Part shown: piece after piece, positions 26,509 to 39,146 of the stretch
Numbering within the stretch: the first letter of the stretch is position 1
Layout: every line of letters starts with the position of its first letter
Source: Lingula anatina
Taxonomy: Eukaryota > Animalia > Brachiopoda
Length of the DNA stretch: 64,000 nt
Reading direction: 5' to 3'
NCBI GenBank assembly: GCA_051362555.1
Contig: CM120648.1
Span: 5,390,587-5,454,586, forward strand
Made by a program: the position numbers and the translations under genes
Notes under the pieces: generated by a model
What the model saw: only the letters and a program-made list of their open reading frames with translations
Told to the model about the DNA's origin: nothing
Database searches by the model: none

Positions 26509-29500
26509 TTAGTCTCCTATGGTGTGCAATGAGTAGTGACATCTGTATTCTTCTGGGAAGTTAGATAATGAAATGTTTAATTCGCAATGAGATCAACATC
26601 ATTGTCTCTTTTTCATACTGTTACATGAAATTAGTGAGAAGGCCCTGAAAGAAATCATCATCAGTATTGCAAACATCAATGAACCACATGGTGTACTATT
26701 GTGAGATCATTTCTGGTCCGCTGTCAGTTATGAGAGGAAACGTGGAGGTATAATGCCTGTATGCAGGGCCCGCTAGTCTTATGAATGAGAAGTTGGGTGC
26801 AAATATTACAAAAATTGAAAGTTTCGGGTTTTGTGGTGCTTTGTCTTGTTATCTAGTATATCTGTCACGGTTTGGGAAGCTTTCAGAAATAAAATGCACA
26901 CATTTCATTGATATCAATGTTACAAAGCACCAGTGTTTATTAGAAAGGGAATTTTGTTGGGATTGTTGACAGTGGGGAAAGAGTTTGGTATCTGATGTAT
27001 CTGATCAGTCACGCCCCAGTACTATTTTGTAGATGATATTTATATACTCATACATCATAAATATTCAACTTAGCTTCAGGAAGGGGCATTTAATAAGGGA
27101 AAGGGAAAGAAATATTGGCAACGAAGAACGCTAGTAAGTTAAGACAGTAAGTTAAAAAATGTATGATTTTCTTATGTTAATATGAAAACTCAAATCCAAG
27201 TAAAATGTCCTAAAACTGGTTGATATTTATGTGCAACTACGTAATATCATGAAGAAGATACCATGAGTCTGTTGACATAAGCAAGAATTTGTTTTCTTTT
27301 TTAGTGCAGTATGTCAAAGTTTTGTCTTTAGATACACATGCCACAGAATTCATGTCATAGTGCTGTCATTAATAGTATTTAAAATAAAATACTTCAGGCA
27401 TCAGACAAAAAAAAAATCTGTCTGATCGTCAGAGGTGATGGTTGACGTGTGATCTGAATTAATGAAAAAAATATGTGAAAGGCAGATTGGAGGTGACATT
27501 TAAAAAGATGATGAAAGGATTACTAAACATTAGGAAATTAAGCACGGACAGACTGCGTAAAAACTAGAAATTGGCATTAATTACTAAAGAGGAGTGATAT
27601 TGGACCATGCTTCATTGTCAGGTATGGCAGATGCTGCTAATGTAAGGATATCTTTATAGATTTTATGAATCTTGAGAACGTGACTTGAATTTTAAAAAAA
27701 TTAAATAAATTTCTGTGTCTCTGTCGGTCTCTTTGTAAAGTGACTAAGTGCAACAAACTAGTTATTAAGATAACCAGTTAAGCTGTTTTAATAGTCACAT
27801 TCAGATAGAAAAACATAAGAAAATTTAAAGCAAAACTGATTAATGTGATCAGTAGAAAAATCATGCACATACACATGCAACTGATTGTTTTGAAATAAAA
27901 GAAAAAAATTGGTAATTTTTGAGTCTGTAACAATAAATTTAAAGGGAATCACGTGAGATAGCCCAAAGCTTCATGTCATTTTGTAAAATCTTATGAGATT
28001 TTGGGGGATATAGAGGAGAGTGGGGTCAGAAGTAATGGCAGAGTAACGAGTGCACTGTAACGACGCAAAAACCAACAATTTATCCATGATGACTTGGTGG
28101 ATGCTTCTCTGGTTGTTTTCCCTTAAGGTCTATCCATACACAGTCTATTGCACGATAGAGAAATATTTTAATGATGTTTGCCTAGTAGTCTGTTACAAAA
28201 ATCATACTTATGGGACTGACTATAAAGTCACCATGAGGGAAGCCTCAAGATATTAGACCCATACTTTAACAAAATGCATGATCATCTCAGGATTCACACA
28301 GGGAATCTTTGTTCGTGTTCAACTAGATACAGTTGATGTAAGATACAAGTGATTGCGGCAGATTTCCTTTAATCTGTGGTTTATTGAGAGAAGAATTACC
28401 TGAAAGTTCTGATGTCTATCTGTTGTTTGTTGATGTTACATTTGCCTCGGTGGCTCAGATGTATGGACCAGCTCTAGACTGCGGTTGACCTAGGAGAAAA
28501 ACAGATTCTTCTCAAGTTAAGAATTTTGCACCAAAAATGGCTCTGTTGGAATGGAAGTTTCACAATCACAACAGTAGAGGTATCATGCTTTTGTAATTAT
28601 GATTATGTTGCTTTAATGATTATTTGTATAATTTAGAATGTAGACTTAGAATTGATTAGGTCACAAATGACTTGAGAAAGGGAAGGGGGGGGGAGGGAAT
28701 GGTTCAATGCTCTAAGAGGTGTAAAGTCAGGAAGTACACCAGTTTCTTTAGCATTTTGTGCAAGGATTATGAGGAAGGCGCTCCTTCAAGTTGAGAGTAA
28801 AACCGGTACAATAGGGTGCCATGTAGTTGGTAGAATATGAAGGACATCAATCTGTCTGGTGTATTACGGTAAAAATTTGAAAATTTGGTCACTTAAAAAT
28901 TAAATAATATTTTTAAATGCATGGATCCAACATGACCATACAGGTGACAAACTTTGCAAATTCAAGAGGCCCATTTTCAAGTCTGAAAAATATTTTCAAA
29001 GTGAAAAAAAAAATAACGTCAGCAGAGAATCTTCTTCCAACATATTTTCAAGACAGACAAAATTTTCAAGTTTCTACCGTATGTGTGGAGAGCACAGTAC
29101 TGAGCTTGGCACTGAGAAGAGACTACATGACATGGCACAAAGCTGGTGAAGTAGAGGCTTCCACTTGTGCTTATTCCCTTCATATGCAAGTCTTGTCTGT
29201 ACTTGAGGCGGTTTTGGTGGTTTTCTTTGATTTAAGTGTGGTTATGTAACTGTTATAGTTTTTTATGTATTTGATATAAGAGGTACGAATTAAGATGTTT
29301 TAGATAAAAAAAAGTGCAGTAACTCGTGTCAGAAGACAAGTATGATTGTAGATACACATGCAGTATACATATATACGTATACGGGTGGACACGTGCATGC
29401 AGACACATGCAAAGACATACACACACATGCACACACACTGGAACCTCACAAAAAGCTAAACATTTGAAAACTTAAGCAATATATTCAGTCCAAGGCAACT

Positions 29501-29662
29501 TAAATTTGAACAGCTAAAAAAAGAGAGAGAGAGAGAGGTGCAAAAAAGTCAGTTCTTGTTATGTAGCTAGGCCACAGTTGAGTTAGAGTGACTTAAGATG
29601 ACAAGGGAGAATTATGTAAGTAGGAAGACTTCAAGTTTTGCTCTTAAGCTTTACTTGTTCAG

Positions 29663-29680
29663 GAGATGTACCTCCTCTTG
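29663..29680 (+). CDS. dvl: Candidate 18-nt Dishevelled microexon ((G)DVPPL)
   Basis: ttttgctcttaagctttacttgttcag|gagatgtacctcctcttg|GTAAGT; symmetric phase 1, no stop codon. Confidence 0.5.
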
Positions 29681-30509
29681 GTAAGTGAGTACTTGAAGTG
29701 CACCCAAATGAACTGAAGACACACAGAATTACATTTGTACAACAGATTTGGAAGAATTAGGCCTGGAGTCATGACCAGTGTTACCTTTAAGTACAGGCAC
29801 GAGAATTCTGTACAACTAAACCAATACAAGGGGTCTGAAGAAGTGGTGTGCTTAATGGGTGACATGAGTGCAAAGATTCTAGCTTGACGTACCAACATAG
29901 AAAGTGCGAAGGCTTGGTGTTGAGTTTTTGTTTTGATACTAGATGAAGGTTGTGGCAATATGGAAAATTACTGAAGTCGGTCCACTCAGGTATGCATTTT
30001 GGGGTCCAATATTGCACTCGGAAAAGCATGTGTAAAAGATGCATCTCTGTTTCACAGCATTAAATTGCAAAAGAAAATTGCAGATTGTTAGAAAACTTTG
30101 TTTTGCTAGTGACACAAAGATATGGAAAAAAATGTTGATTTTCATGAGATTGTTGATTTCAATAGGATGGTCAAGGGCTTCCCATTCATTTTGATTCTCA
30201 TGTGGTAGATTTTAGTCGAGATACGGCCAAGGGAAGACACAACTTCAGCCCGAGTTACTCATTTCAATTTAAAAGAGCGCCAGTGGGCAATTGAAGTGTG
30301 CCAGTTCAGCCAAGGGAAGCTGGGGTTTATTTTCATGGTCTAAAATTTCAGCAGAAGTCGGTCTTTTTATATTGTTGTCATTTTTCCTTTGGTTTGTAGA
30401 GATTTTTAAAGAATACTTTAATTTATAGCATCTTTTTAGTTTTTAAAATTTTTAAGTATTCTGTTTTTAGTCTATACTGGCTTTAATTTATCTGTGGAGT
30501 TATATTTTT

Positions 30510-30582
30510 TATGTAAACAGCGCTGAGACGCATGTGTAGCGCGGTTTTAAAGAAGTGTTTTATTATTATTATTATTATTATT
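30510..30582 (+). mobile_element. Possible 3' tail of an L2/CR1-type LINE or related SINE ending in (ATT)n
   Basis: tgtaaacagcgctgagacgcatgtgtagcgcggttttaaagaagtgtttt(att)n: a gcgc stem-loop followed by a short tandem-repeat tail. Confidence 0.4.
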
Positions 30583-31668
30583 TTCAGCAACTTATTTCAT
30601 ACATGGATTTTAGTGACTCTTATCCGAGTTGACTGCCAGTAACCATTGAGCAGATGATATACGCAGATGATCTTGTGTGACATGAGGCAGTTATGTTAAT
30701 TTAAAGGTCACAGTGACACTTTATTTCATACGCTGCATTCAATCTAAAACATGCTGCTGAATAAGGATTGCTCGCAACATGTCGTGATAGCGGTCAGCAG
30801 CTTATTCATGCAATAGTGGAGCACATATTGTAAAATAATGATGGTGGATCTGAAAAAGCAGTCAAGTCTTTTTTTTACTAAGATCAGGTATGTCTTGTTG
30901 TTGCTGTATTTTTTATTGGTGTATTAGAAGTGGTTGCCATTGGTTAGGTAGCCATTGGTTAGGTAGCCATTCAGGTTGTCATTTAAAAACCTTTGGCAGA
31001 TATTTGATATTTTTATCGATTGGGTTAGTTGTCATAAAGATATGGAATGAAAGCTAGAAATCATCAAAATTTCACTTGAGCGGAAAAGTCATGTATGACT
31101 ATTATACTGCAAACAGCACAGGGGTAGATCTGGAAGGGAAAATTGTGGTTTAGAGACCTTTTAGTTCCATTATTGGACTGTAAAACCAAGTTATACTAAA
31201 TCATCTGCTTTATGGGATTTGGAAGCCATAAACTATTTCTTTTTTCAAGGTAACATGAAGTCTTGAAGAAAAAAAAATTCACTTTTATTAACCTACAAAG
31301 GTTATACGCCTTTTAGTAGGCACAGAATTTTCTTGATATTTTCAACTGTTGTTTTCGTCCTTTTTATTATGCTTTTTCATGTCAGAATATGAATGGCTCT
31401 GTGAAACTGACAGTAATGAAATTGACTATGAGATTTAGAATTGGGTCACGAGATCAAATAGTGACTATGTAATTAAGACTGCTTCACACTTGGCTATATG
31501 TTATATTTAGGAAGTGAAGGACAGATAGTGCATATGAATTAAGACATTTTCAACATGGAAATACCTAGGGTTGCAAAAGAGACTCAGACATCCCTTGTTA
31601 TAAATTCTGGACATTTTTAATGATGTTGGTATATTCAGTCAAAAAAAAAAAAAAAAGAACCAATTTAA

Positions 31669-31968
31669 GATCACATTCACAACGAGTTGAGCCAGGCTTT
31701 ACTAATCCTGGGGACTAAATATGGCGGATATATGAAAGAAAACCTGCCTAATCTTTTAATAGTCTCTCCGCCTCTCACATGCCTCCCCATGTGTCGTCCC
31801 AATGGAGCCGAGATTTAATGACTGTCCCCCCGCAGGGACGACGTGTGGGGAGGCCTGTGAGAGACGGAGAGACTATTAAAAGATTAGACAGTTTTTCTTT
31901 CATGTACGTCCGCCATATTTAGTCCCCAGGATTTGTAAAGACTGGCTGAACTCATTGTGAATGCGATC
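31669..31968. mobile_element. MITE family C, 300-bp foldback element
   Basis: About 132-bp imperfect inverted arms (31669-31800 vs 31835-31968) around a 34-nt spacer; TAA/TAA target-site duplication. Confidence 0.92.
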
Positions 31969-34900
31969 TAAGTTAACTTGCCATGAGGGTTTCACTGGCA
32001 TATATGTCTAACTCCTTTTACATGCAGAAGTGAATCTGAAAGTCAAAGTTGAAGTCTTCAGTATTCTGTCACGGCCACCAGGGAACACTGTGCTTGGTAA
32101 TCAACTTCACCTAGACTAAAAAAAAAAAAAAAAAAGAAGAAAAAAGGCGTGAGATCTGGAGACACTGTTTAGGTGAGGGCTGACATCTCAGCTTGAGTGG
32201 TATCCAGTTTATCAAGTTGTCAAGGTTGTTTTACATTGAATTCTGTCCTGTCAGTACATTTCGAGATTACGTGGAAACTTCTTTCAATTAAGATGGTTAA
32301 TGTCTGAGGAATTTTTTCAGCGATATGCTCTTTATTCACTGTTAAAATCATGGTAAGTTGAACCAGAATTATTCTTAGAATTAATGGTCAAATACTGATA
32401 TGAAATAAAAATATTTTCTTAACGTGACAAAGTACATCAGAAACTGTGCATACTTATCAGTTTATGGTGAACTTATTGATCTGAGAAGTCCTTATTTCAA
32501 AGAAATGCCACGTTACCTCAGTGTCAATATTTTATTGTATTTAACAAGTACGTCACATTGTTCACACAGCAGTCTCCTAAAGTAGACCTTGTTACATCAC
32601 ACCATTTCACTGAAGTAATATTGACTCTGTCTGATTCCCTGTGAAAAAACAGCAATAAAAGAAAAGGATTATCCACTGTTGACTAAGCAGAAACTAGGGA
32701 CAAATAAAATACCTTGTGGGCAAAACACAGGGTTGTTGCTGCTTAACTTCAACAAGGTTCTGTCACTCGATCTGTGAAGACAAAGATATTGGCATATATA
32801 GTCAATACAGGACTTTCTCCTGTAGCAGATGTAGACGGGCTCTAGTGAACTTGTCAAGTCATTTGTTCTTGTGTGCTAAATTTGTGTCAGTGTTTTCGGG
32901 TGACAAGCTCTATTGTTTTTGTGTGATTTGGTAGCGCTGTCCTAGTTAGCGTCAAAGTGGGGCCGGTGGCTATAACACGGTGAGTTTGTTTTTGGTTGGT
33001 GAATAATTTCAATGTTTTGTCTGATGTGTTAGGCAAGTGATCAAAATGTAAAAGATAGATCGTATTAGGTGATACATGAGGGTGTTGTACTCTGGTTAAA
33101 TGGTGTGATAGGTAAGAGAACTAGAGCTGGATAGTCGACTAGGCTGCTTTATAAGTCTTTAGTTAGATGACTGCTTCTGTTTTAAAATAGCAAGATATGT
33201 ATATATTTAGAAACCATATGCAGTGTTGCCAATATGACACAGCTCAAAATGTATAGATCTTTTGTGTAACATCTTGTTTACAATAGAATAATCCCAGTAA
33301 ACAATGGGACTCCATCCTAAATAATGTATCTAAAATACCCTTAAAAGTGAAAAAAATGGGCAAGTTTGCATATGAATACATAGTAATAGAAATGGATGAT
33401 AAAATGCATAAGGTATTTCCTTAAATGCACATGGAAGAAAATGTAAAAGGGTCTGTTAAAATTGTGCTAAAGAAAGGACATTTTAATAATATAAGGCATC
33501 TTATCCTTGGTTACATTTGCATGGAAATTATACCATTGGTATCAAAGTGGCTGGTGCTTTACTTAAAATAACTGTTGACCTAAAGGTCATGTGGGTAAAA
33601 AACAGTTGCCTTTTGAATTATTAAAAAAACAGAGAGAGATATCAAGTGAAAACAGGAAGAAGTATGATATTTACAGAAGGTGGGATAGAGGTTGGACCCA
33701 AGTTTTTTATATTTCATTGATATGAAATCTTTGAGGTTGTCAGTTTGACAAAAACTTCTTGACTCAGTGATTGTGCTGATTTTATTTTCTGCAGAAGAGG
33801 ATGAACATTTGCTTGAAAATTTTAAGGCAATGAAAGGAGCCTGTCAGGCCTTTCGAGAAAGTGTCAAGTTTGTCAGTTATTAGGGTTTTTTCTTAAACAA
33901 GGGGTGCTCTGTTTTTTTGGGAGGAGAGGGAAAAAAAGCAGTTGCTTGGTATTTTGGTTGTCAGAGAAGGTAATTGCATTTATAAGACTAGTAAAATAGG
34001 CAGACAACTTCAAAGTATATTATAACGGAATATATAAGTATAAGGAAAGGCTGGTTATTTGCAGGTGAAGACTAAGATTATTACATATTGAAAAAAATCA
34101 CCATTTTCATTGTCTAATTCACAATGTTATCATCATTGCCCTCTTACAGAAAGTCTAAACAGTAAAGTGCAGTGTAAGGAAAGTAATTAGCTAGTATTGT
34201 ATATAACAAATTACTACAATTAACCACTTCTATATGGTTTTGTTAGTCTATCAGCAATGGCTTTCGTGATGACAGTTATTTTAAATGAGGGAAAGGAAAA
34301 TGAAACTTTGAGCATGGATCCATTGCCGTAAAGTTAAACGTAAGCTTTATTATTGTCAAATATACCACTGAAACAGTGATTCATACATTATATAGTATTC
34401 AGTAACTTTACAGACAAATCTGATGAAAAAGATACAGATCTGATATAGATAGGTACTGTAATACAATGAGTTGTAGCTATTTACACCATATACTTTCTAC
34501 ACCATATGCCATATATGTTGTCTTCAGTTTTAATACAGTCAGCATTTCATTTTATTTAACAAGCCAAGAGGAAAATGCCTTTTTCTTTGCTTACAGCCTT
34601 CTGATTGCACTGGGCTAATGTATCAAACTTTTTCAGCTGTAAAAACAAGGGAATCGGTGTTATGAGACATGAGGCAATACACCGCTAAAGGCGACCTCAG
34701 TCTGTGTGGGAAACGGTTCACATTGAAGGGGTACCACGGAGCTCTCTGAAATAACAACTGCACACACACAGTTCAAATGCTGCAGCAGGAGTGAAATGTT
34801 TTTGTTGGAATATTCATCCCCGATTTATTAAACATGGGTGGAATGAACGTGCATGTGTGACATGCTCTTTTTCTTTTCTTTTTTAACAAACATCAAGGTG

Positions 34901-35689
34901 GAAGGAGTCTTGTTAATGTTGAATAAATTATGAATCTGTTGGGGTCTGCACGGATCAAAACCTCACTTGGGAAATCTACTGATTAGCAATCTGGATGTTG
35001 ATTGGAATCTGAGTAGTTCGAGAAAAAATATATGACAAAAAAAAAAAAATGCAGTGGATCACAAGTTGAAATCTGAAAAAGTAAATAAGCAGATTTTCTA
35101 AAGCAGCAGAGTTGGATTTGCAAGCAGCAAAGTCATTCAAGGAGCAAAAGAACCTTACTCTATCAGCAAATCAAACAGGAAGTCTTATCAATTTTCATCC
35201 TTAGTGGCACGCTCCTGGTACAGATGCTTGTATATCTCATACAACATTGGAGAATACTTTAACACTTGTGAGAAGTTAAACTTCAAAAATTAAGTTAGTT
35301 ACTCCAGAAAGCCTCCAAAACACCACCATGGTCATGGCACTTCTCGCATGACATTGAGAAATAACCAGCTTTGGATGTCAACCAGGAGAGCTTGGTCATT
35401 TTCCTAATGTTCGAGCTTCGCTGGGATTGTCACACACCGTTTGACAACATGGTGAGAATACAGGTGTTGACAACAGTGTCACCAGACAAGGGGATGACGG
35501 TACAGGTGCTGAAGACTTGTGAATGCTGCAGTCTGTGCCAATGTGAAGGTAGATATGTCAGCACGCACACACACACATGCACACGCACAGATTAACAAAA
35601 GTATTGGTAATCTATAGACAATGAAGTGATGTATAGTATGAGGCTTGTGAGTGATGATGTCTGTGGTACATGTGACCATACACGAACAT

Positions 35690-35712
35690 GCATGCATGCA
35701 CGCACGCACGCA

Positions 35713-35745
<33 letters not shown>
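35690..35745. repeat. Compound (CATG)/(CACG)/(CA)n microsatellite
   Basis: Visible purine-pyrimidine alternating run. Confidence 0.9.
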
Positions 35746-35751
<6 letters not shown>

Positions 35752-38261
35752 GCATACATGCAAGTCAAAATTAACAGTTTTATCACCAGACTAAAGGAAA
35801 GCAGTGTAAGCTTATGGCAATCAGAATGCATTAACATTTACAATTACATGCAAATGCAAACATACACAGTTACATTTGCAGACACGTACGATCTGATACA
35901 GCCTTGCTTTTGCGCAATCATCATCACATTTTCACTCAAGGCTCTTGTAAAAAATTGGCTCACATGTTATACAAGTACACCCAGACATTGCACTTTTATG
36001 AACATTTCCCTGAGGGATTTTATTACAGTTTTATGTTTTTTCCTCTGTTTTAAAATATGGTAAGTTTGGATTCAAACAAGTCAGGGTTTGTATTTGACAT
36101 CAGTTTGGGGAAACTTCAAAGCTTTTAACTGTCCATAATGAATGCTTAGATACTCTGTCAACATAATTGGCTATAATGAAAAGGGTAAGTATGGTATGAT
36201 GTGTTATGGTGGAAAACCAGTAGTTGAGGGCTGAATGAAGTCAGTGTGATATTAATGTAATAGATAAAAAAGCAAGATTCAGAGTAAGATTGAAGAGATA
36301 AGATGAATATTAGACAATATTCACCTTTCAGGATGCTTCAAGATGAACTTGCTTTAACAATTTCAACTAAAATCATGGTTCATTCATGATAGTAACTCTT
36401 CACGTAATATGGGATGTCATGTCATTTTGGTTTAATATTACAACTGTGGTTTAGTCTTCTGAAACATAAGAAAAAATGGTTTCAAAGCTATCATTCTTGT
36501 CCAGTCAGCCCCCCCCCCCCACCTCCACCCCAAACACTCCCCCTCCTCCCCCATCCCCAAATATTTCCATCACTTCCGTAATATGTCCAATGTACACATT
36601 CATTAAATAAACTGACCAGCTGGACAGACGCAGGGTTCATGGTCATTTGCTCTGGGTTATTAATTTCTCCTGCTTGATTATTTTCCTCAAATCCGGCCAT
36701 TGAGAATTCTCTCTGTTTGATATAAATGCTGGGCTCAATGAAAAGAAAACAAGGCGGCATACCTGAGCTTGTGAATTTCTAAGGGTAAAATAACAGGGCC
36801 ATGGGATGGGATTTAAATGGCTGTGTGCTTTGTAAAAATGTGGGAATGGAGGAAAGTGGGCTCGAGTCTGGCCGAATTACTGCAACAATATTTGGAAACT
36901 TTGGTGAGATTTCGAAAAACAGCCTGTGCCTTACAGCCTCCCTCCCGCCATCCAGCCCCCTTCTATCTTTCCCGTCCCTACTCCCACCATCTCCACTCCT
37001 TGAAATTGAATCATTTGTAACCTGAGTTTTCAATTCTGGAATTAAGTGTTATACAATAATGATGCAATAGGAATATTTTCAGAAATCTTTCATTTGTACC
37101 TCATTTTCAAGCACACCACAAACAAAAAGAGGGAAACTGATGTTTACTGGCCAATAAGTGCTCTCCAATAAATGCCCAATTTTGTCTGAGGGCAAGCTCA
37201 ATTTATTATACCTTCCTTCCTATTGTTTGTCCCAATCAAAGTCAACAACTGCAAACAAATAAAATCAATGATGTTAATCTCTTCGAACTGGGGTTTACAA
37301 ATGGGGAATGAACCAGACCGCCATGGTTATTAGGAGGAGCTGGGAATAATGGGAAATCAATCGATTCCGTACCTTTCAGACATGGGGAGAAAATCAAAAT
37401 ATTGACCTAACTGGCTTTGTGTGGGGGTAATGGGGAAATTGTTGCCAATAGTTTGTGAAGGTGCATGGAGCCTCTTGCTACAGGGGTCCCAAACAGATGT
37501 AGAAGGGGGCTATTTTAAATTAAAGGGTTTTGAAATAAGTATTTTGTAAAAAAAAAAAAATAATAAATAGTTATAATGAAATGAACAAGGCCTTCAGCAA
37601 GGATCAGAGAATCCTCCTTTTACCTTCTCTTTAATTGTCTATTTGAAAAAATATAAAGTGGCTTGAATGGTGATTGTTATTATAAGATGGTCCTTTTGAT
37701 CATAAATAATAATAAGACTTATTAGTATAATTGAAAGTTTCTGTTTGGAGATTGGCATGAACTTCAGTTGTGAACAAGTCAAGATGAAATTTAGACTAAA
37801 TAGTCAGTAGGATCCCCAAAAAGAAAATGAATATTCTTCAAACTGAATGTTAACAAATCCAACAAAACTATTTTCTCACCTGTTTAAGAGGGTACGTAAG
37901 TGGTTCAGTGCAGTTTTGGACCGGGACACAATTCGCGGGAGGTAGACAGGTGGGACATTTCTACCAGACACTGGCTGTGAAACCTACATGTCTGCTGTAA
38001 TTGACGAGGTTTGCTGTAATTGACGAGGATTATCGTGAAATTTACAAATTCTAGGATTGTGAAATTGACACATTGGGGGAGATATTTACCTCTGGATACT
38101 GATGAAATGGGAATTGATGAGGAATATCAATATGTTTGAGGAGAGTTTACAAGATATTACATGAATAGAGTTTAACTTGAACTGTTAGTAAAGTTGTTAT
38201 AAGAAAGTTATACTTGTATATTAAGAGAAAAATTAAGAGAAAAGTCTTTGGTTGAAGTACA

Positions 38262-38307
38262 ATGCCTTTAGGAGTGATGTTTGGGAACGCACTGAGGCTT
38301 ATCAAAG
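38262..38307 (+). CDS. dvl: Candidate alternative first exon (MPLGVMFGNALRLIK) or 36-nt cassette exon (38272-38307) of Dishevelled
   Basis: AAG|GTGAGT donor at 38308 in phase 1 with two in-frame ATGs; alternative acceptor gcctttag ending at 38271. Confidence 0.4.
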
Positions 38308-38420
38308 GTGAGTAGAGTGGAAAAAGAAAATGGTATGAAGTGGGAAAGGGAGCAAGGCATCCAATTTTAATTGAGGTTTGAGTGGTTTTGAAACTTTGTG
38401 TCTGTTAAAAGAGAAGACGG

Positions 38421-38422
<2 letters not shown>

Positions 38423-38460
<38 letters not shown>
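38423..38460. repeat. (GA)n microsatellite
   Basis: Perfect GA run. Confidence 0.95.
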
Positions 38461-38462
<2 letters not shown>

Positions 38463-38929
38463 GAGGGGGGAAGAAGGAAAGAGATGCCAGTAAGTAAAAG
38501 AGAGGGAGAGCAGTTGTGGGTGTGTCTTTTTACTTTTTGAAGATTTTTGTGCATGTTTGTGACTGTGTTTGTGTGGGCATATTTATGTTTACGCCTGTGT
38601 GTGTTTGATTTAATTGTCTGACCCATGTTATCCCAGAATGTTTTGTTTTAATCTAAACTGTACACTGAATTTATAAATTGAATAATTTTAAACTGCTTAT
38701 TCATGTGCATGAATTTTGAAAAAAAATGTGAACTTAAATTGTTGTCTCAATGTTGTACCAGTTTTTATTCTTAATTGTATCTTATAAAAGTGCACTGTGT
38801 GCATTTTACTTTTCTTTTAAAGAACGGTAATTTGTTTTGAATATGCCTGGCTGATTTAAGTTGTTTTTGGGCATGGTGCATGTGCTTTTTAAGTGTTTTC
38901 AGTTTTGTTTCACCTTTGTTGCATTTTAG

Positions 38930-39016
38930 ATCGTCAAAATCAGCAAGTGCGTTCTTCATCCAGACAGTCTATAACTCATCCCAGAGACACTCGGCCAAAC
39001 AATGACAACTTACATA
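38930..39016 (+). CDS. dvl: Probable 87-nt Dishevelled exon ((D)RQNQQVRSSSRQSITHPRDTRPNNDNLH)
   Basis: Long pyrimidine tract plus ttttag acceptor; 29 open codons, symmetric phase 1; A|GTGAGT donor. Gives SSRR-DRQ where vertebrate Dvl has RR-ERP; otherwise a low-conservation linker. Confidence 0.62.
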
Positions 39017-39146
39017 GTGAGTACAGTATACAATAACAATGACAACTTACATAGTGAGTACAGTATACAATAACAATGACAACTTTACATAGTGAGTACA
39101 GTATACAATAACAATGACAACTTACATAGTGAGTACAGTATACACT
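38998..39146 (+). repeat. 37-bp tandem repeat x4 (aacaatgacaacttacatagtgagtacagtatacaat), degenerate copies continue to about 39400
   Basis: Units start at 38998, 39035, 39072 (one extra T) and 39110. Confidence 0.95.

Noticed and set aside
25923-26542. Cluster of overlapping 68-101-aa ORFs
   Set aside because: Explained by the GC-rich, stop-poor MITE at 26011-26508; no transposase or other recognisable motif.
30883-30887. 5-nt unit aag|atcag|GTATGT as a microexon
   Set aside because: It would shift the frame, and the upstream ATG frame ends in phase 2, incompatible with the next phase-1 exon.
36057-36190. G|GTAAGT donors near 36060 and 36185
   Set aside because: No convincing acceptor, and the ATG frames end in phase 0 within a phase-1 intron. 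They show that such donors also occur by chance.
38998-39146. 37-bp direct repeats as a CRISPR array
   Set aside because: Units are head-to-tail with no unique spacers, there are no cas genes, and the context is a spliceosomal intron of an animal gene.
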